A DNA stretch of 64,000 nucleotides, from the NCBI RefSeq assembly GCF_009914755.1, contig NC_060930.1; one strand, given 5' to 3'. This DNA is from the human T2T-CHM13v2.0 reference genome, Homo sapiens. Shown here one piece after another: positions 1-14,423 of the stretch (within the stretch, counting starts at the first letter, position 1; the number at the start of each line of letters is the position of its first letter). A program made the position numbers and the translations under genes. Below the pieces are notes generated by a model. The model was not told where the DNA came from. It made no database searches and saw only the letters and a list, made by a program, of their open reading frames with translations.

Positions 1-432
1 AGATCTTCCTGGTGGATTGAACTTTTTATCATTGTAAAATGTCCTTTCTTATCTCTTATGACAGGTTTTAGCATAATGTCTATTTTATTTGATATAAGGA
101 TAGCCACCCTACCGCTTTTTTGGTTACAATTTTAATAAAATGTCTTTTTTCACCCATTCCCTTTAAGCATACTTGTGTCCTTAAGGCTAAAGTGAATTCT
201 TGTAGGTCGCATACAGTTGAGTTTTTTTTTTTTTTCAATCCATTCAGCCACTCTATGACTTTTTTTTAGGAATTTATTCCATTTACCTTTAAAGTAACTA
301 TTGATAGGAAAAAAGTAACTATTGCCATTTTATGAGTAGTTTTCTGTTAGTCTTGTAGTTCTTTTGTTTGTCCTTTTCTCTCTTTCTATCTCTCTTTGTA
401 TTTTGTTGATTTTTGTATCTGAAATGCTTTAA

Positions 433-436
<4 letters not shown>

Positions 437-478
<42 letters not shown>

Positions 479-479
479 T
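437..479. repeat. (TG)n microsatellite, about 17 perfect units
   Basis: Directly visible. Confidence 0.98.
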
Positions 480-1349
480 ACCTTCTATAGGTTTTTTTAT
501 GGCTACCTTGGCACTTAAGTAAAATATTTTATAATAGTCCATATTAAGCAGATAACAGCTTATGTTCAATTGTATCCAGTAACTCTAACTTATTTTCTCC
601 CTACACTTTATATTATTGTTGGCACTATGTTCATTTATTCATATTGTATATCTTTTACCATATATTTATTTATAGTTATTTTAACTAATTTTGTCTTTTA
701 ACATTTACAGTTGAATTAAAAGTGTGTTACCCTCCATCATTACAGTAATATTCAGTATTTGTCTATATATTTGTATTTACCAATGAGTTTCATACTTTTC
801 TATGCTATCATGTTGCTGTCTAGCATTTTTTTATTTCAAGTGGGAAAACTCCTTATAACATTTTTAAAGGCCAGTCCAGAGATGATGAACTTCTCAGTTT
901 TTGTTTAATTGGGAAAGTCTTCATCTCTCATTCATTTTTGAAGGACAGTTTGCCTAGTATAGTATTATTATACTATTATTGATTGGCAGCTTTTTATTTC
1001 AGCTCTTTTAATATATCATCCTACACACTTTGCTTATTCATTGTTCTTTTAAACTTGGTGGACATATTATGACTTATTTTTAATTATCTTTCAAGAAAAT
1101 AATATAACTTCATTTCATTAAGACCTATTTTTGGAGGTCATTTTGTTTCTTTCTTTGGAACATTTCTCCCTAATTTTTCATTTTTCTTGACTCTTTTTTT
1201 CTTGACCGGTTTCTGTGCATTACCAAAACAGGCCCCTCTCCAAGTCTTTATGAACTGGCTTTGTACAGAAGAAATCCCTATCAATATGTCTGGTCAGAGA
1301 TTCTGGAGGACTCTACCATCTGTTTCCCTCCCTAGGAAGAAGCACGTGG

Positions 1350-2060
1350 CTATGGTTTTTGTCCACTCACTCTGCTGAGCCAGAAGTGGAGCTATAGCAT
1401 GTACCAGCCCAAACCTCTATCTCCATTCTTCCCTGGGAAGCTAGACTGTAGTGGCTCATCTGAACTTCAAGACTGGTGAGATAGATGCTAGTTCATGGAT
1501 AGCCTCAGAGAAATTGGCATACTCTATGTACTGATAAACTCTTTCCTACCCAAGAGAAGGCTGAGAGCTGAGATTTTTTTATCCACTTTCTCTGTGCTGA
1601 GCAGTGGCAAGGATGAAGATTACCTACCATCCCAAGCCATTATGTCCATTCTCCCTGGCTAGCTACATTGTGCTGGACCCATCAGAGCTCCAGGACTGGT
1701 GAGACAGTTGCTAATTATTTGGACAGTCCTAGAGAAACATGAGGTGCCAGACAAAGGGGTTAACTTTTTCCTCCTCAAAGGGAAGCTGAGAGCTGGAATT
1801 TCTCATCTGCCTGCTCTGTGCTGAGCAGAAGGGAGGATCAACTGTGTCTATCCACTCAAGTTGCTATCTCTACCCTCCCCTGAGTGACTAGACTACGCCA
1901 CACCTATCAGAGCTCCAAGACTGGCAGGACAAAAGCCAATCCTCTAAGGAGGCCCCTTAGGAAATATGGGGAACTAGACACACATACCGACATGTTCATT
2001 CTCCTGGGTGAAGCTGGGCACTAGGAGGTCTCTTCCTGATTATATGGTGCTATGCAGGGA
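1350..2060 (-). repeat. Degenerate ~222-bp tandem monomers in the old L1 5' UTR
   Basis: Recurring blocks TGCTGAGC(A/C) end at 1380, 1602 and 1826. (A/G)A(A/G)CT(T/C)CA(A/G)GACTGG occurs near 1462, 1685 and 1910. (AG/AA)GCTG(A/G)G occurs near 1558, 1783 and 2010. Confidence 0.75.
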
Positions 2061-2289
2061 GTAGGGATTCTAGACTATGTCATAAATCTCCCTACTAGCT
2101 ACAGTGAGTCTGGTTTCACATTCCCCTGGGGTACAAGGGCCTTCTAATTGGTTTCTGTTTTCTCATAATGAGACTGTATCTGTGAATTGTTGTGGCATCA
2201 GTATGTTTGTCAGGGAAGGACAGAGTTCAAGGCTTCCTTCTCCACAATCTTAGTGACATCACTTGATTCATTCATTCTTAATATTGGTA

Positions 2290-2730
2290 TCATTCATAAC
2301 TTGGCATTGTGCCTTCTTTTTATAATAAATCTTATTTACAGTTTGATAAAAATTTTACAGATCTTTATAAACAAATTTATGTTTCACTGATTTTTTCTTT
2401 AATATTGTCATTTTCTATATAATTTACTTTCATTCATTTTTATTTGTTTCCTTATACTTATTTTTGGTTAAATTTGTACTACTTCTTAGTTTCCTGGGGT
2501 AGAAGCATGATCTATAATTTTAAAATTTTGTTTTTATAAAATAAGCACTTACAGTTATAACTTGTCTTTAAAAAGTATTTTAGTTATACTCTACAAATTT
2601 TGTTCTGTAGATTTGGTTTGAAATAATTTCTAATTTCTTTTTTAAAAATCCTTGATGGCTTATTTACAAGTGTGTAGATTTCCAAATATTTGCCACTTTC
2701 CAGGTACTATTTTGTTACCGGTTTTAACTT
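2290..2730 (-). mobile_element. Very old L1 (L1ME-like) ORF2 fragment
   Basis: T-rich antisense ORF2-like text (ttcttagtttcctggggtagaagc…agcacttacagttataac…ctacaaattttg). Confidence 0.6.
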
Positions 2731-2969
2731 AATCTCAGCCAACTCCTGGTCAATCTGCAAGTTGACTAGGAGAATAAGTGCAAGTTTTTTAAAGCTATTA
2801 GACTATGGCCTGGGTTTCCTTCAATTTCCAGTTATCAAAATCAGTCAGTCAATGATTAATCCTTTCATCATTTTTGGCTATTAGATTTCTATTAAAATTA
2901 ATGAGATATGTCTCCTTCCTTCTAAGTTTTACCTTTCCATTTGTAAACTAGATCTCATTTTCTTTAACC

Positions 2970-3245
2970 TAATCAGGGACTTTGTTCTAGCTATTATAAT
3001 AGTTTCTCCTGCATATTCGATCTCTCAATTTTTGTGGTGAATTAATATCAGCATATCAACATGCTCAAGTATGCTTTGTTCTAAAAAAAAATCCATGTCC
3101 CCTTCCATCTACTTCTCTTTATTTTTACATTTTCTTCATAATCAAATTTCATGAAAGACATATCTATATTCATGGTTTCCACTGTATCAAACTATTCAGT
3201 CTTCAGTTTGCTGCACTCTGGCTTCCACTCTGACAAGTCCACAAT
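2970..3245 (+). mobile_element. L2 fragment
   Basis: Resembles L2 motifs (catgaaagacatatctatattcatggtttccact…ctctggcttccactct…tccac). Confidence 0.55.
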
Positions 3246-4721
3246 TAGCCAGAGATTTAACTCCTTGCATATGACGTCTTGACATAAAAAATATTTGTAT
3301 AAACCCCCACAATGTTCCATAAATGCTTCCAAAATAGACAGAAAAGGAAAAAATAAAAACTACCTACAATTTCCTATGCCTATATCGACAGGCTTTTAAA
3401 ACAAACTTTTCAAACATTTATAAAATTTAAAGACCTTTTAGAGAAAATTTAATCAACAGAATATGGTCTAACTTCTCTTTACAGGTAAAGAATCAACATT
3501 CCATAGGGGTAAAAAACTGTGTAGTTATACAGTGAAAAAATCAGGGCCATAATTTTTATTTCTAGAAATCTGGATAAAATGTGTTCCTACTCTTTCAATC
3601 CAGACATGTTCATTAGAAACATTCACAAAATATGAAACAGTCCTTTGCAACCTAACAGATTTATAACATATACTACACTTACATAGACAGTAAGGCAGAT
3701 AAATCTATAAAAAAAGAATTTAATTAGTTTGCAATGAGAACATTTCAGAAGATGTTTAAGTGAAAAATCTGCCTTTTGCTCTCACTATCCTCACACACCA
3801 ATGTAAAGATACACAAAGGAAATTAACTCATAAAGGCAATGAGAAAGTGATAAGTTGAAAATCATCAGTGAATAAGAGATTACCAGAATATTAAATTAAA
3901 ATGACCAGAATATTAAGTGAGAATAATACAATGACCAATGAAACAAACAGAGCAAACAGCTACCAAGAATATGCTGTAAAGACTATAAAAGATGGGAGCC
4001 AAGCATGCGTGAAACTCTGGCATTTTGGGGGGCTAAGAATCAACACATAGTGAGAGGGATGTGAGGCTAAAAAGAGGTGACTAATGTAAGTTTATTTATG
4101 CAGTAAATGAATATTGGAGTCCCAAGAGAAAATACGCAAACATCTGGGGGGCACTTGGTTTCAAATGTAACTCCTTGGCCATTGTAGTATTTTGGAAACC
4201 CATAGCATGATAACCAACTTTCTGTCTTGTTATTCTATAGTAATGCCTGATTGTTGACATGCCTTACCATATTGAGTTTCATGACTCCTTAAAGATGTAA
4301 ACAGGTCATTAAACAGAAATGATGGTCTGAGCAAGAGGAAGTGATGGTGGAACCACTTCGACTCTTGGTGTTTAGCATGCCAAGGACTTGAGACTTTTCA
4401 GATATTTACCTGAAGTGGGTAAATATTGGAAAATAGGTGAATGTGGATTCGCTTGTGTGTACTCAATCTCAGGTAAGCGGTTATCTAGCAGTAGAGCCCA
4501 GCATCAAGAAGCTGTCTAGTTCTAGCACAGAAGGAAACTGGTATGAACCTATCTCCTAACCCAAAACAAATAAAGCATTAGAGAAAATATACAAAATAAT
4601 TGTTTTCAGACATTGAGACAACAGATAGTATAAGAATATTTCCCCCAAAAAGAAAAACAAATAAAATTAATTCTGTTATCACTTTAACTTTCTGTCTAAA
4701 GGCAATTTCTTGGAGGGAGAG

Positions 4722-4724
<3 letters not shown>

Positions 4725-4770
<46 letters not shown>
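4725..4770. repeat. (GT)23 microsatellite
   Basis: Directly visible. Confidence 0.98.
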
Positions 4771-4771
<1 letters not shown>

Positions 4772-5194
4772 GGGGAAAGTCCAAGCAGAGCATGAGGCTC
4801 TTGCTGAAGTGAGGAGACAGAGAGTAAAGTTAAGGAAGCTGGACCAGCTAGAGTTTACAAGGCAGAGAAACAGAAATGAGGGAGTTATACATAGTAAGAC
4901 CTCCAGAAATCTACATGCCAGTTTTCTTGAATCTTTGGTTGAATGCTAATCTGTGCATACCTAGGGTAAAACTTCAGGAGACTTGGCAAGAACAAATGTT
5001 GGGAAGTTATAAGATGATCAGTTTCTCAAGTTCATACAGAATTAGGAGATATTTAAATTTAATCCAATCAAAATAGAGAAAACTCACTGGAAACTTGGGC
5101 AATCAGTAGAGGTCATAGAAGGGTCATATTTTAGTAGGTACAACTTTTCCCTGGAATAAAGACTACTAATACTACAGTACTTAAAAAACAAGTC

Positions 5195-6048
5195 TTTTTA
5201 AAATACTTTTATTTTAAGTTCAGGGGTACATGTGCAGGTTTTTTATGTAGGTAAATTGTGTGTCGTGAGGGTTTAGTGTACAGATTATTTTGTCACCTAG
5301 GTATCAAGCCTAGTATCCATTAGTTATTTTTCTGATCCTCTCCCTCCTCCCATCATTCACCCTCCAATAGGCCCCAGTGTGTGTTTTTCCCCTCTATGTA
5401 TGCATGTGGTCTCATCATTTAGCTCCCATCTGTAAGTGAGAACATGTGGTATTTGGTTTTCTGCTCCTGAATTAGTTTGCTACAAATAATGGCCTGCAGC
5501 TCCATCATGTTCCTGCAAAGGACATGAACTCATTCTTACTGATGGCTGTGTAGTATTCCATGGTGTATATATGTATCACATTTTTAAAATCCATCCTACC
5601 ATTGATGGGTGTTTAGGTTGATTCTAAGTCTTGGCTATTGTGAATACTGCTGCAATTAACATATGTGTGCATGTGCTTCTATCATAGAATGATTTACATT
5701 CCTTTGGATATATAACCAGTAATGGGATAGCTGGTTTGAATGGTAGTTCTATCTTTAGGTCTTTGAGGAATCTCCATACTGTTTCCCATAATGGTTGAAT
5801 TAATTTGCACTCCCACCAACAGTGCATAAGCATTTCTTTTTCTCCACAACCTTGCCAGTACCCGTTACTTTTTGACTTTTTAATAACATCTATTCTGACT
5901 AGTGTGAGATGGTATTTCATTGTGGTTTTGATTTGCATTTCTCTAATGAATAGTGATGTTGAGCTTTTTTCATATGCATTTTGGTCACATGTATGTCTTC
6001 TTTTGAGAAGTGTCTGTTCGTGTCCTTTGCCCACGTTTCACTGGGGCT
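5195..6048 (-). mobile_element. 5'-truncated L1PA13-16-type 3' end
   Basis: Antisense 3' UTR (ttttattttaagttcaggggtacatgtgcagg…) and ORF2 C-terminus (ORF 5624-6034: [12 protein letters not shown]…HCWWECKLIQPLW). Degenerate flanking repeat aaaaaacaagtctt / aaaacacaagattctt. Confidence 0.92.
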
Positions 6049-6780
6049 GAAAACACAAGATTCTTAAGGATTAATCTTATCTACAAATAACTTTCTGCCA
6101 AAACAAACTTCTATACCCTTTAAAGAAACACAAATATATGCAAACACTCAGCAAGGTAATATTTGCTATGTTTGATATTCAATAAATACTTTCTAAATAT
6201 ATTAAGAGGTAGTAAACTGCGACTCAAAACTGAGAAAAAATTTAGTTAATATAAACAGACCTAGAAATGACTGAGAGGGTGGAATTAATAGACATGGCCT
6301 TTAACATAGTTATTATAATGCCATCCATAAGTTCAAGCATTGAAAGAAAAATATAAACACAATGAAGAAAGAAATGTATGATAATAAAAGCAACCAAATG
6401 GAACTTCTGGAGATGAAAGTCAAAATATATAAAGAAAAAAATCACTGGATGGCTTTAACTGCAAATTAGACTACAGAATAAAAGGTCAGTGGACATCAGA
6501 AGAGTCTATTTAAAATTAAGCAGATAAATGAGAATGAAAAAGACAGTGCTTCAATGGCTTGATATTAAGTGGGCTGATGTCTACGGGATTCGAATTACAG
6601 GAGGAGAGGAGAAGAAGGTAGAAGCCAAAAATGCTGAAGAAATACTGGCTGGAAATTTTCTAAATTTTATGAACAATATAAATTCATGATGCTCAGAAGA
6701 CGGACAAACCCCAAGCAAAATAAACACAAAGAAAATCACATAATAGCATATAATAATAAAATTGCTGAAGACCCATGATG

Positions 6781-7052
6781 CCTCACTCAGGTATCTGTGC
6801 TCAACCAGCAGGTCATCTGTGGCTTAGCTTGCTCATCTTGGCTGTGTTCTCTCAGATACCTGCAGCTTGGCTAGCATGAATTCACTACTCAGATCCATGT
6901 GGTGGTTCATGCTTCAGCAGGCTAGCTCAGGATTCTTCACATGGTAGTTTTTGGAGTCCGAGAAAAAAAGTAGAGATGGACAATGCCGCATGAGGCTTAA
7001 GCTCATAATTGGAACATTGGCTCTTTGTTTCCTATTGAGCAAATCATGTAGG
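6781..7052 (-). mobile_element. Old MaLR LTR fragment (MLT1 H-J-like)
   Basis: MLT1-like antisense motifs (cagcaggctagctcaggattcttcacatgg; tgaggcttaagctcataattggaac; ctattgagcaaatca). Confidence 0.55.
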
Positions 7053-7067
7053 TAAATATACAGATTT

Positions 7068-7177
7068 TTATATGTATGTGCACACACATATATATATACA
7101 CATATATACACACATACATATATATGTATATACACATAGATATACACATATACATATATATGTATATACATATACAC
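7068..7177. repeat. Compound (TA/CA)n low-complexity repeat
   Basis: Directly visible; source of the spurious YI/HI-rich ORFs. Confidence 0.95.
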
Positions 7178-7541
7178 AGGCAAAACATATTTTTAGAAAA
7201 AACTTGTTTAGAAAAAAATATCTCAACTGGTGGGATAGTATGGGAAATACTTGGAGGTTTGAAACAAAGAGAAAATTTAAGCCCAGAGAGGTAAACTAGT
7301 GCCAAGAGCATATAGAGATCCAGTGATGTGCCTGCTGTGTTGGAGACAGGTGACAAACTCCAGGCAGCCAAATATGAAACATCTCTGCACATTGTATCAT
7401 ACCTGACCCACAGAAGATGACAATTGCAGTGGCTTAAAAAGCTGTCTTTCACAGGGCAATGGTGAGACTGCCCATTTGTCCTTGTTTTTGAATAGGAGAA
7501 TAAACATTTTTTTTAAAAAAATGAGGATCTCCTTAGAATTC

Positions 7542-7928
7542 TTTTTTTTCTTTAAAACTTTTATTTAAGTTCAAGGGTACAAGTGCAGATTTGTTACATA
7601 GGTAAACTTGTATCATGGAGCTTTGTTGTACAGATTATTTCATCACTCAGGTATTAAGCCTACTACCCATTAATTATTTTTCTTGATCATCTCCCTTCTC
7701 CCAACCTCCACCCTCCAAAAGGCCCTAGTGTATGTTGTTCCCCTCTATGTGTCCATGTATTCTCATCATTTAGCTCCCACTTATAAGTAAGAAAATGCAG
7801 TATTTGGATTTCTGTCCCTATGTTAGTTTGCTAAGGATAATGGTCTCCATCTCTATCTATGTCCCTGCAAAGAACATGACCTCATTCTTTTTCATGGTTG
7901 CACAGCATTCCATGCTGTATATGTACAC
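7542..7928 (-). mobile_element. Short 5'-truncated L1PA13-like 3' UTR
   Basis: ttttatttaagttcaagggtacaagtgcagatttgttacataggtaaac…catttagctcccacttataagt…. Confidence 0.9.
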
Positions 7929-7989
7929 AAGCCACGCAAATCCAAATGATCGAGAGACATCAAAAACATCAAACAAAAGAATCAAACCC

Positions 7990-9570
<1,581 letters not shown>

Positions 9571-9572
9571 CT

Positions 9573-9685
9573 AATCATTTATTGAGCACCTACAATGTGC
9601 AAGGGAATATGGAATATAAAGCAAGCCTGGTTGGGATGGATATATAAAATACAATCCCTGCATTCAGCATGAAAATATTCTATTC
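9573..9685 (-). mobile_element. L2 3'-end fragment
   Basis: catttattgagcacctacaatgtgcaagg is the classic antisense L2/MIR tail. Confidence 0.6.
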
Positions 9686-10669
9686 ATAATTAACCATCTT
9701 TTTATATGAGTAGGGTCTATACTGACTCTTATGCAGATTAGCTAGAAAAAGTTCTACAGCATTACAATGAGTTATTCCTGCAGGTTAATGGACCATAACA
9801 ATTCATACAATGTATCCTTTGTAAAATAGAGTAAAGCTAACATCCTGAGGCTTCTTTGAAGCAGAAAGAAAATCTCTATGCAGCAGCCTAAAAGATGAAC
9901 ATGGTTGTTGCTTCAACCATGTCCTATGGAACTATATAGCTGTTTACTGCCTCTTTTTCTCCCCTGTCTTCCATGGCACAAAATGAATATAGATGGGAGA
10001 TAAAGAGAAACATTTAGAGCAGGAGAATTGAAGCTGGAAGATGTGACCATATTTCACATTTATTGAGGCCTCTATAAAATATAGTGTCTTAAACTTCTTA
10101 AAAAAAGTCTTATATCTAAAATAGGAGCTCAATGATTGAAGTATAGCTCTACATGGAATTTTGACTGCAGTTGAAAGCACGGCAAGTATGACAACTTGTT
10201 TTGGAAGCTTTTACTTTCGTCTGATGCAACAAATATTTGACTCATGCTGGAATCAGCATTGCACATGTAATAGAGCAATGATCTAATCCAGCATGACAAA
10301 TCCTATTTTCCTCTGTGGCGGTGATTTGAACAGAAAATGTGGGTCATCCTGGGTAAAAATATAGATAGGTGATTTTTAATAAGACTTCTGCTTTTTATCT
10401 TCCTTCTATCATTTTAGAGTGCACAGAGTGTATCTTCCTGTAATAACTTACTCACTAGAGCTTTCAATCATATCCAGTGAATACTTACCAATATAATAAA
10501 GTCTGCTTTAAAAAACACATTCTCAACTTTCATTATAACATAGCACAAATGTATCCTATAAATTACTTTTATTTTTTTTAATTTTATTATGCTCACTTAT
10601 GTACTTTGCCTTTTCTAAACCTTTTCTTTACCAAAACTTTTCTGGTTTAAACCAAATGCTGGCACAAAG

Positions 10670-10976
10670 TTTAAAATTTAATCAGGTCTGAGTTAAAGTT
10701 TACTTCCTAAGGGATGCCTTCCTCAATAACTTTCTTCATAGAGCCCTTTACTCTCAGGTCTACTTCCTGTCTATATTACTATCCATTTTTTATATCCTTC
10801 TTAGACCTTATCACAATCTAAATTTTTTTGTTATTTTATTGAATTTTTCTCCCACAAGAATGTCAGTTTTTTTAGATCAAAAACATTTTCTTTCTTGATC
10901 ATTCTGTACCCTCAGAACCATAAACAATGACTTATATACACTAGGTTTTCTGTAAATATTTATGAAATTAATAAAA
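10670..10976 (+). mobile_element. L2 3' end
   Basis: tcaggtctgagttaaagtttacttcct…ctgtaccctcagaacc…taaatatttatgaaattaat. Confidence 0.65.
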
Positions 10977-11746
10977 TTGTTAAATCAATTTTATTTATGG
11001 CATATATATGCTATTATTGTTTAACAATTTTTAAATAATTTTTTAGCTAAAGCCTCCTAAGACCCTAAGGTAATATATCTCAATTAGATCAGCTGAACTT
11101 ATAGAAATATAAATTCCTAGCATTTATAGAACTATAGCTTTTTCATACAGGTGTCAGTATAGCTCTTTGAGTGGTCTAGTTTAATAGTCCTACTTTAGAA
11201 GATTTTCCCCAGGATAGACTTTGACGTGAAGTGTTAATGGTCCATCTTATAGGAGCACATCATCTAGCTGGTGGTTGAAATTGAAACATTCTCAGCCTCT
11301 GTCCTTTGGGTTCTCAGAATGGATTTTAAAAACTAAATAAACCACTGTTATGCAGGTCTTAAAGTTTAAATAACTTCAAGTGTGAAGTTATTTGAAGATT
11401 TTGCCTAAAATATTTTGACTTAGAATCCTACATTAAATAAATTGTTGATTTATCTGGAGGAAGTGAGAGGTGAATTCAGACAAGAAGGCACTAATGCAAG
11501 AGGGGAAAGTAGAAAGATTCAGAAATGTCTGATAATTTTGAAGAAAAAGAGAAATATCAAAGAAAAATTAAGAGCTTGTACATCCAAAAGTCCAGCACAA
11601 AAGTTGGAGGTGTTTGGGGAGGTTGATGTTTTTTGTTTAATAGGATACTAAAGTAGAAAACAAGTGCAGAGGTGTCTCTAAATTCTAAAGTCTTAGACCT
11701 TGTTATCCTAATGACGTTCAGCTACACCATAGGAATACATTTTACT

Positions 11747-12033
11747 ATAGATAAATTCACAGAAACTTACAACCTACCAAGACTGAAGCATGATGAAATA
11801 TAAAATCTGAAGGGATCAATAACCAGTAAGGAAATTAGATCAGCAATAAATAATCTTCCATCAAAGAAAAGCCTGGACTGGATGGCTTTATGAGTAAATT
11901 CTATCAAAAGTTTAAAGAAGAATTAAAGTCAATCCCTCTCAAATTTTTTCAAAAAATTGATGAGGCAACACTTCCAAACTCATTTTAAGAGTATGGGATT
12001 ACCCTGACGCCAAAAACCAGGCAATGACACTAA

Positions 12034-12067
<34 letters not shown>

Positions 12068-14423
12068 GTACAGGCCAATATGACTGAAAACTCAAAGCTT
12101 TTCCTCTAAGATTAGTAAAAAGACAAGATGGCCACTCTCACCACTTCTATTCAACATTGTACTGGAAGTCCTAGCCAGAGCAATTAGGCACAAGAAAGAA
12201 ATAAATCAAGGCATCCAAATAGAAAATAAAGAAGTAAATTTATCTCTGTTTGCAGATGACATAATCTTAAATTTAGATCATAGACTATATATATAGAAAA
12301 TTCTAAAGATTCCACCAAAGAACTGTTAGAACTAATAAATAAATTTGCAGGATGTAAAATTAACATATAAAAATCAATTGTTTTCTGTACACTCACTAGG
12401 AACTATTTGAATAAGAAATTAAGAAAATAATCACATTTACAATAGCATCTAAAAGAATAAAATACTTAGGAATAAACTTAACCAAGGAGGAAAAGTTTCC
12501 ATACACTGAAAACAATGGAACATTGATGAATGATATTGAAAAAGACACAAATAAGTGAAAAAGTATCCTATGTTCATGGATCAGAAGAATTAACATTGTT
12601 AAAATGTGCATACTACCTAAAATGATCTCTAGATTTAAAGTAATTGCTATCAAATTTCTATTGTCATTTTACATGGAAATAGAAAAAAATAATTCTAAGA
12701 TTTGTATAGAACTACAAAAGACCCCAAATAGCTAAAGCAAGAAGAACAAAGCTGTAGATATTACACTGCCTAACTTTAAAATATACTACAAACTTAGTAC
12801 GCAAAACACTATGGTCCTGGCATAAAAACAGATACATAGGCTGATGCTCAGAATAGAAAGCCCAGAAATAAACCCACATGCACATGGTCAGAGTTACCTA
12901 GAATACACAATAGGGAAGGAATAGAAGGAATAGTGTCATTAGTAAATGGAGCTGAGGAAACTGGATATCTGCATGCAAAAAAAAAAAAAAAAAAAAAACC
13001 CACAAAAAACAAAACAAAACACAAGGATGTTTATTTTACACCATACACAAAATCAACTCAAAATTTATTGAAGACTTAAATGTACGATCTAAAACCATAA
13101 GACTCCTGGACAAAAACATAGGGAAAAAGTTTCATGACATTGCTCTTGGCAATGATTTTTTGGATATGATACAAAAAGCATAGGCAATAAAAGCAAAAAT
13201 AAATACATCATACTACATCAAACTAAAAAGTTTCTGCACAGCAAATAAATTAATCAACATAGTAAAAAGGCAACTCATGGAATGTCAGAAAATATTTGCA
13301 AACCATATATTTAATTAGGGGTTAATATCCACAATATGTGAGGAACTCATGCAACTCAATAGCAAACAAAAACAAAAAACCTGATTTAAAAATGAGCAAA
13401 GAACCTGAATTGACCTTTCTCAAAAGAAGATGCACAAATAGCCAACAGATATTGTATATGAAAAAGTGCTCAACATCACTAATCATCAGGAAAATGCAAA
13501 TTAAAACCACAATGAGATATCAGCTCATAACCATTAGCAGGACTATTATCAAAAAGTCAAAAGATAAATGTTGGCAAGGACATTGAGAAAAGGGAAACTT
13601 TATACATTGCTGATAGGCATGTAAATTGGTACAGTCATCATAAAAAATATGCTAGTTCCTCAAAAAATTAAAAACAGAACTATCATATTATCCAACAATC
13701 CGACTTCTGGGTATATATCCAAAGAAAATGAAATCAGAAAATAGAAGATATATCTGCAATCCCATTTCTTGCAGCATTATTCACAATAGCCAAGATATGA
13801 AATCAACCTATGTGTCTCTGCGCAGAAGAATGGATATGATATGAAATCAACCTATGTGTCTCTGAGCAGAAGAATGGATAAAGAAAATGTGGTATGCAAT
13901 GGAATACTATTTAGCCTTAATAAAAGAAAGAAATCCTGCCTTTGCAACTACATGGATGTATCTGGAGGATATTATGCTAAGTTAAATAAACCAGACACAG
14001 AAAGACAAATACTGCATGATTTCACATGTTTACATGTGGAATCTAAAAATGTTGAACTCATAGAAACAGAAAGAAGAAAGATGGTTTCCAGGAGTCAAGT
14101 GATGGAGGAAATGGGGAGATGTTAATCAAAGTGTGTAAACTTGCAATTTCAAGATGAGTAAGTTCTGGAGATACCATGAACAGCTTCGTGACTATAGTTA
14201 ATAATAATATGTACACTTAAACTTGAAATTTGCTAAGAGAATGCATCTTAAATATTCTTACCATACAAAAAAGGTAACTATGTGAGATAACGGATATGTT
14301 AATTAACTTGATTATAATTATCATTTCCCAATGTATACATATATCAAAACACCACATTGTACACATTGAATATATACAATTTTTGTCAACTATACCTCAA
14401 TAAATCTGAAAAACAAACAAAAA
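11747..14423 (+). mobile_element. 5'-truncated L1MA8/9-like element (ORF2 remnant and 3' UTR) with an internal deletion
   Basis: Starts tagataaattcacagaaacttacaacctaccaagactgaa. RT motif ctctgtttgcagatgacataatc (LFADD) near 12245. L1MA8/9-type tail (gtgactatagttaataat…gaaatttgctaagagaa…tatacctcaataaa). Confidence 0.92.
12034..12063. repeat. (AAT)10 microsatellite inside L1
   Basis: Directly visible. Confidence 0.95.

Larger units (their letters stand above)
1..2260 (-). mobile_element. Ancient L1M element, 5' portion (ORF2 endonuclease start, inter-ORF, ORF1 remnant, 5' UTR); continues off the left edge
   Basis: 1-400 reads as antisense L1 ORF2 N-terminus (…ttcaatccattcagccactctatg…ccatttacctttaaagtaactattgatag). 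850-1200 resembles antisense ORF1 (gggaaagtcttcatctctcattcatttttgaaggacag). A more GC-rich UTR-like region with degenerate monomers follows. Confidence 0.8.
3740..6780 (+). mobile_element. Old L1M (L1M4/L1MC-like) 5' UTR and ORF1 remnant, interrupted by a younger L1 at ~5195-6050
   Basis: 4800-5190 resembles old L1 5' ends. 6250-6780 is A-rich ORF1-like (gacctagaaatgactgagagggtggaattaatagac…gaagaaatactggctggaaattttctaaat…ccccaagcaaaataaacacaaagaaaatcaca). The left boundary is uncertain. Confidence 0.6.

Noticed and set aside
12977-13025. Internal poly(A) as the tail of a separate insertion
   Set aside because: L1 ORF2 sequence continues colinearly on both sides and there is no TSD, so it is an A-tract expansion.
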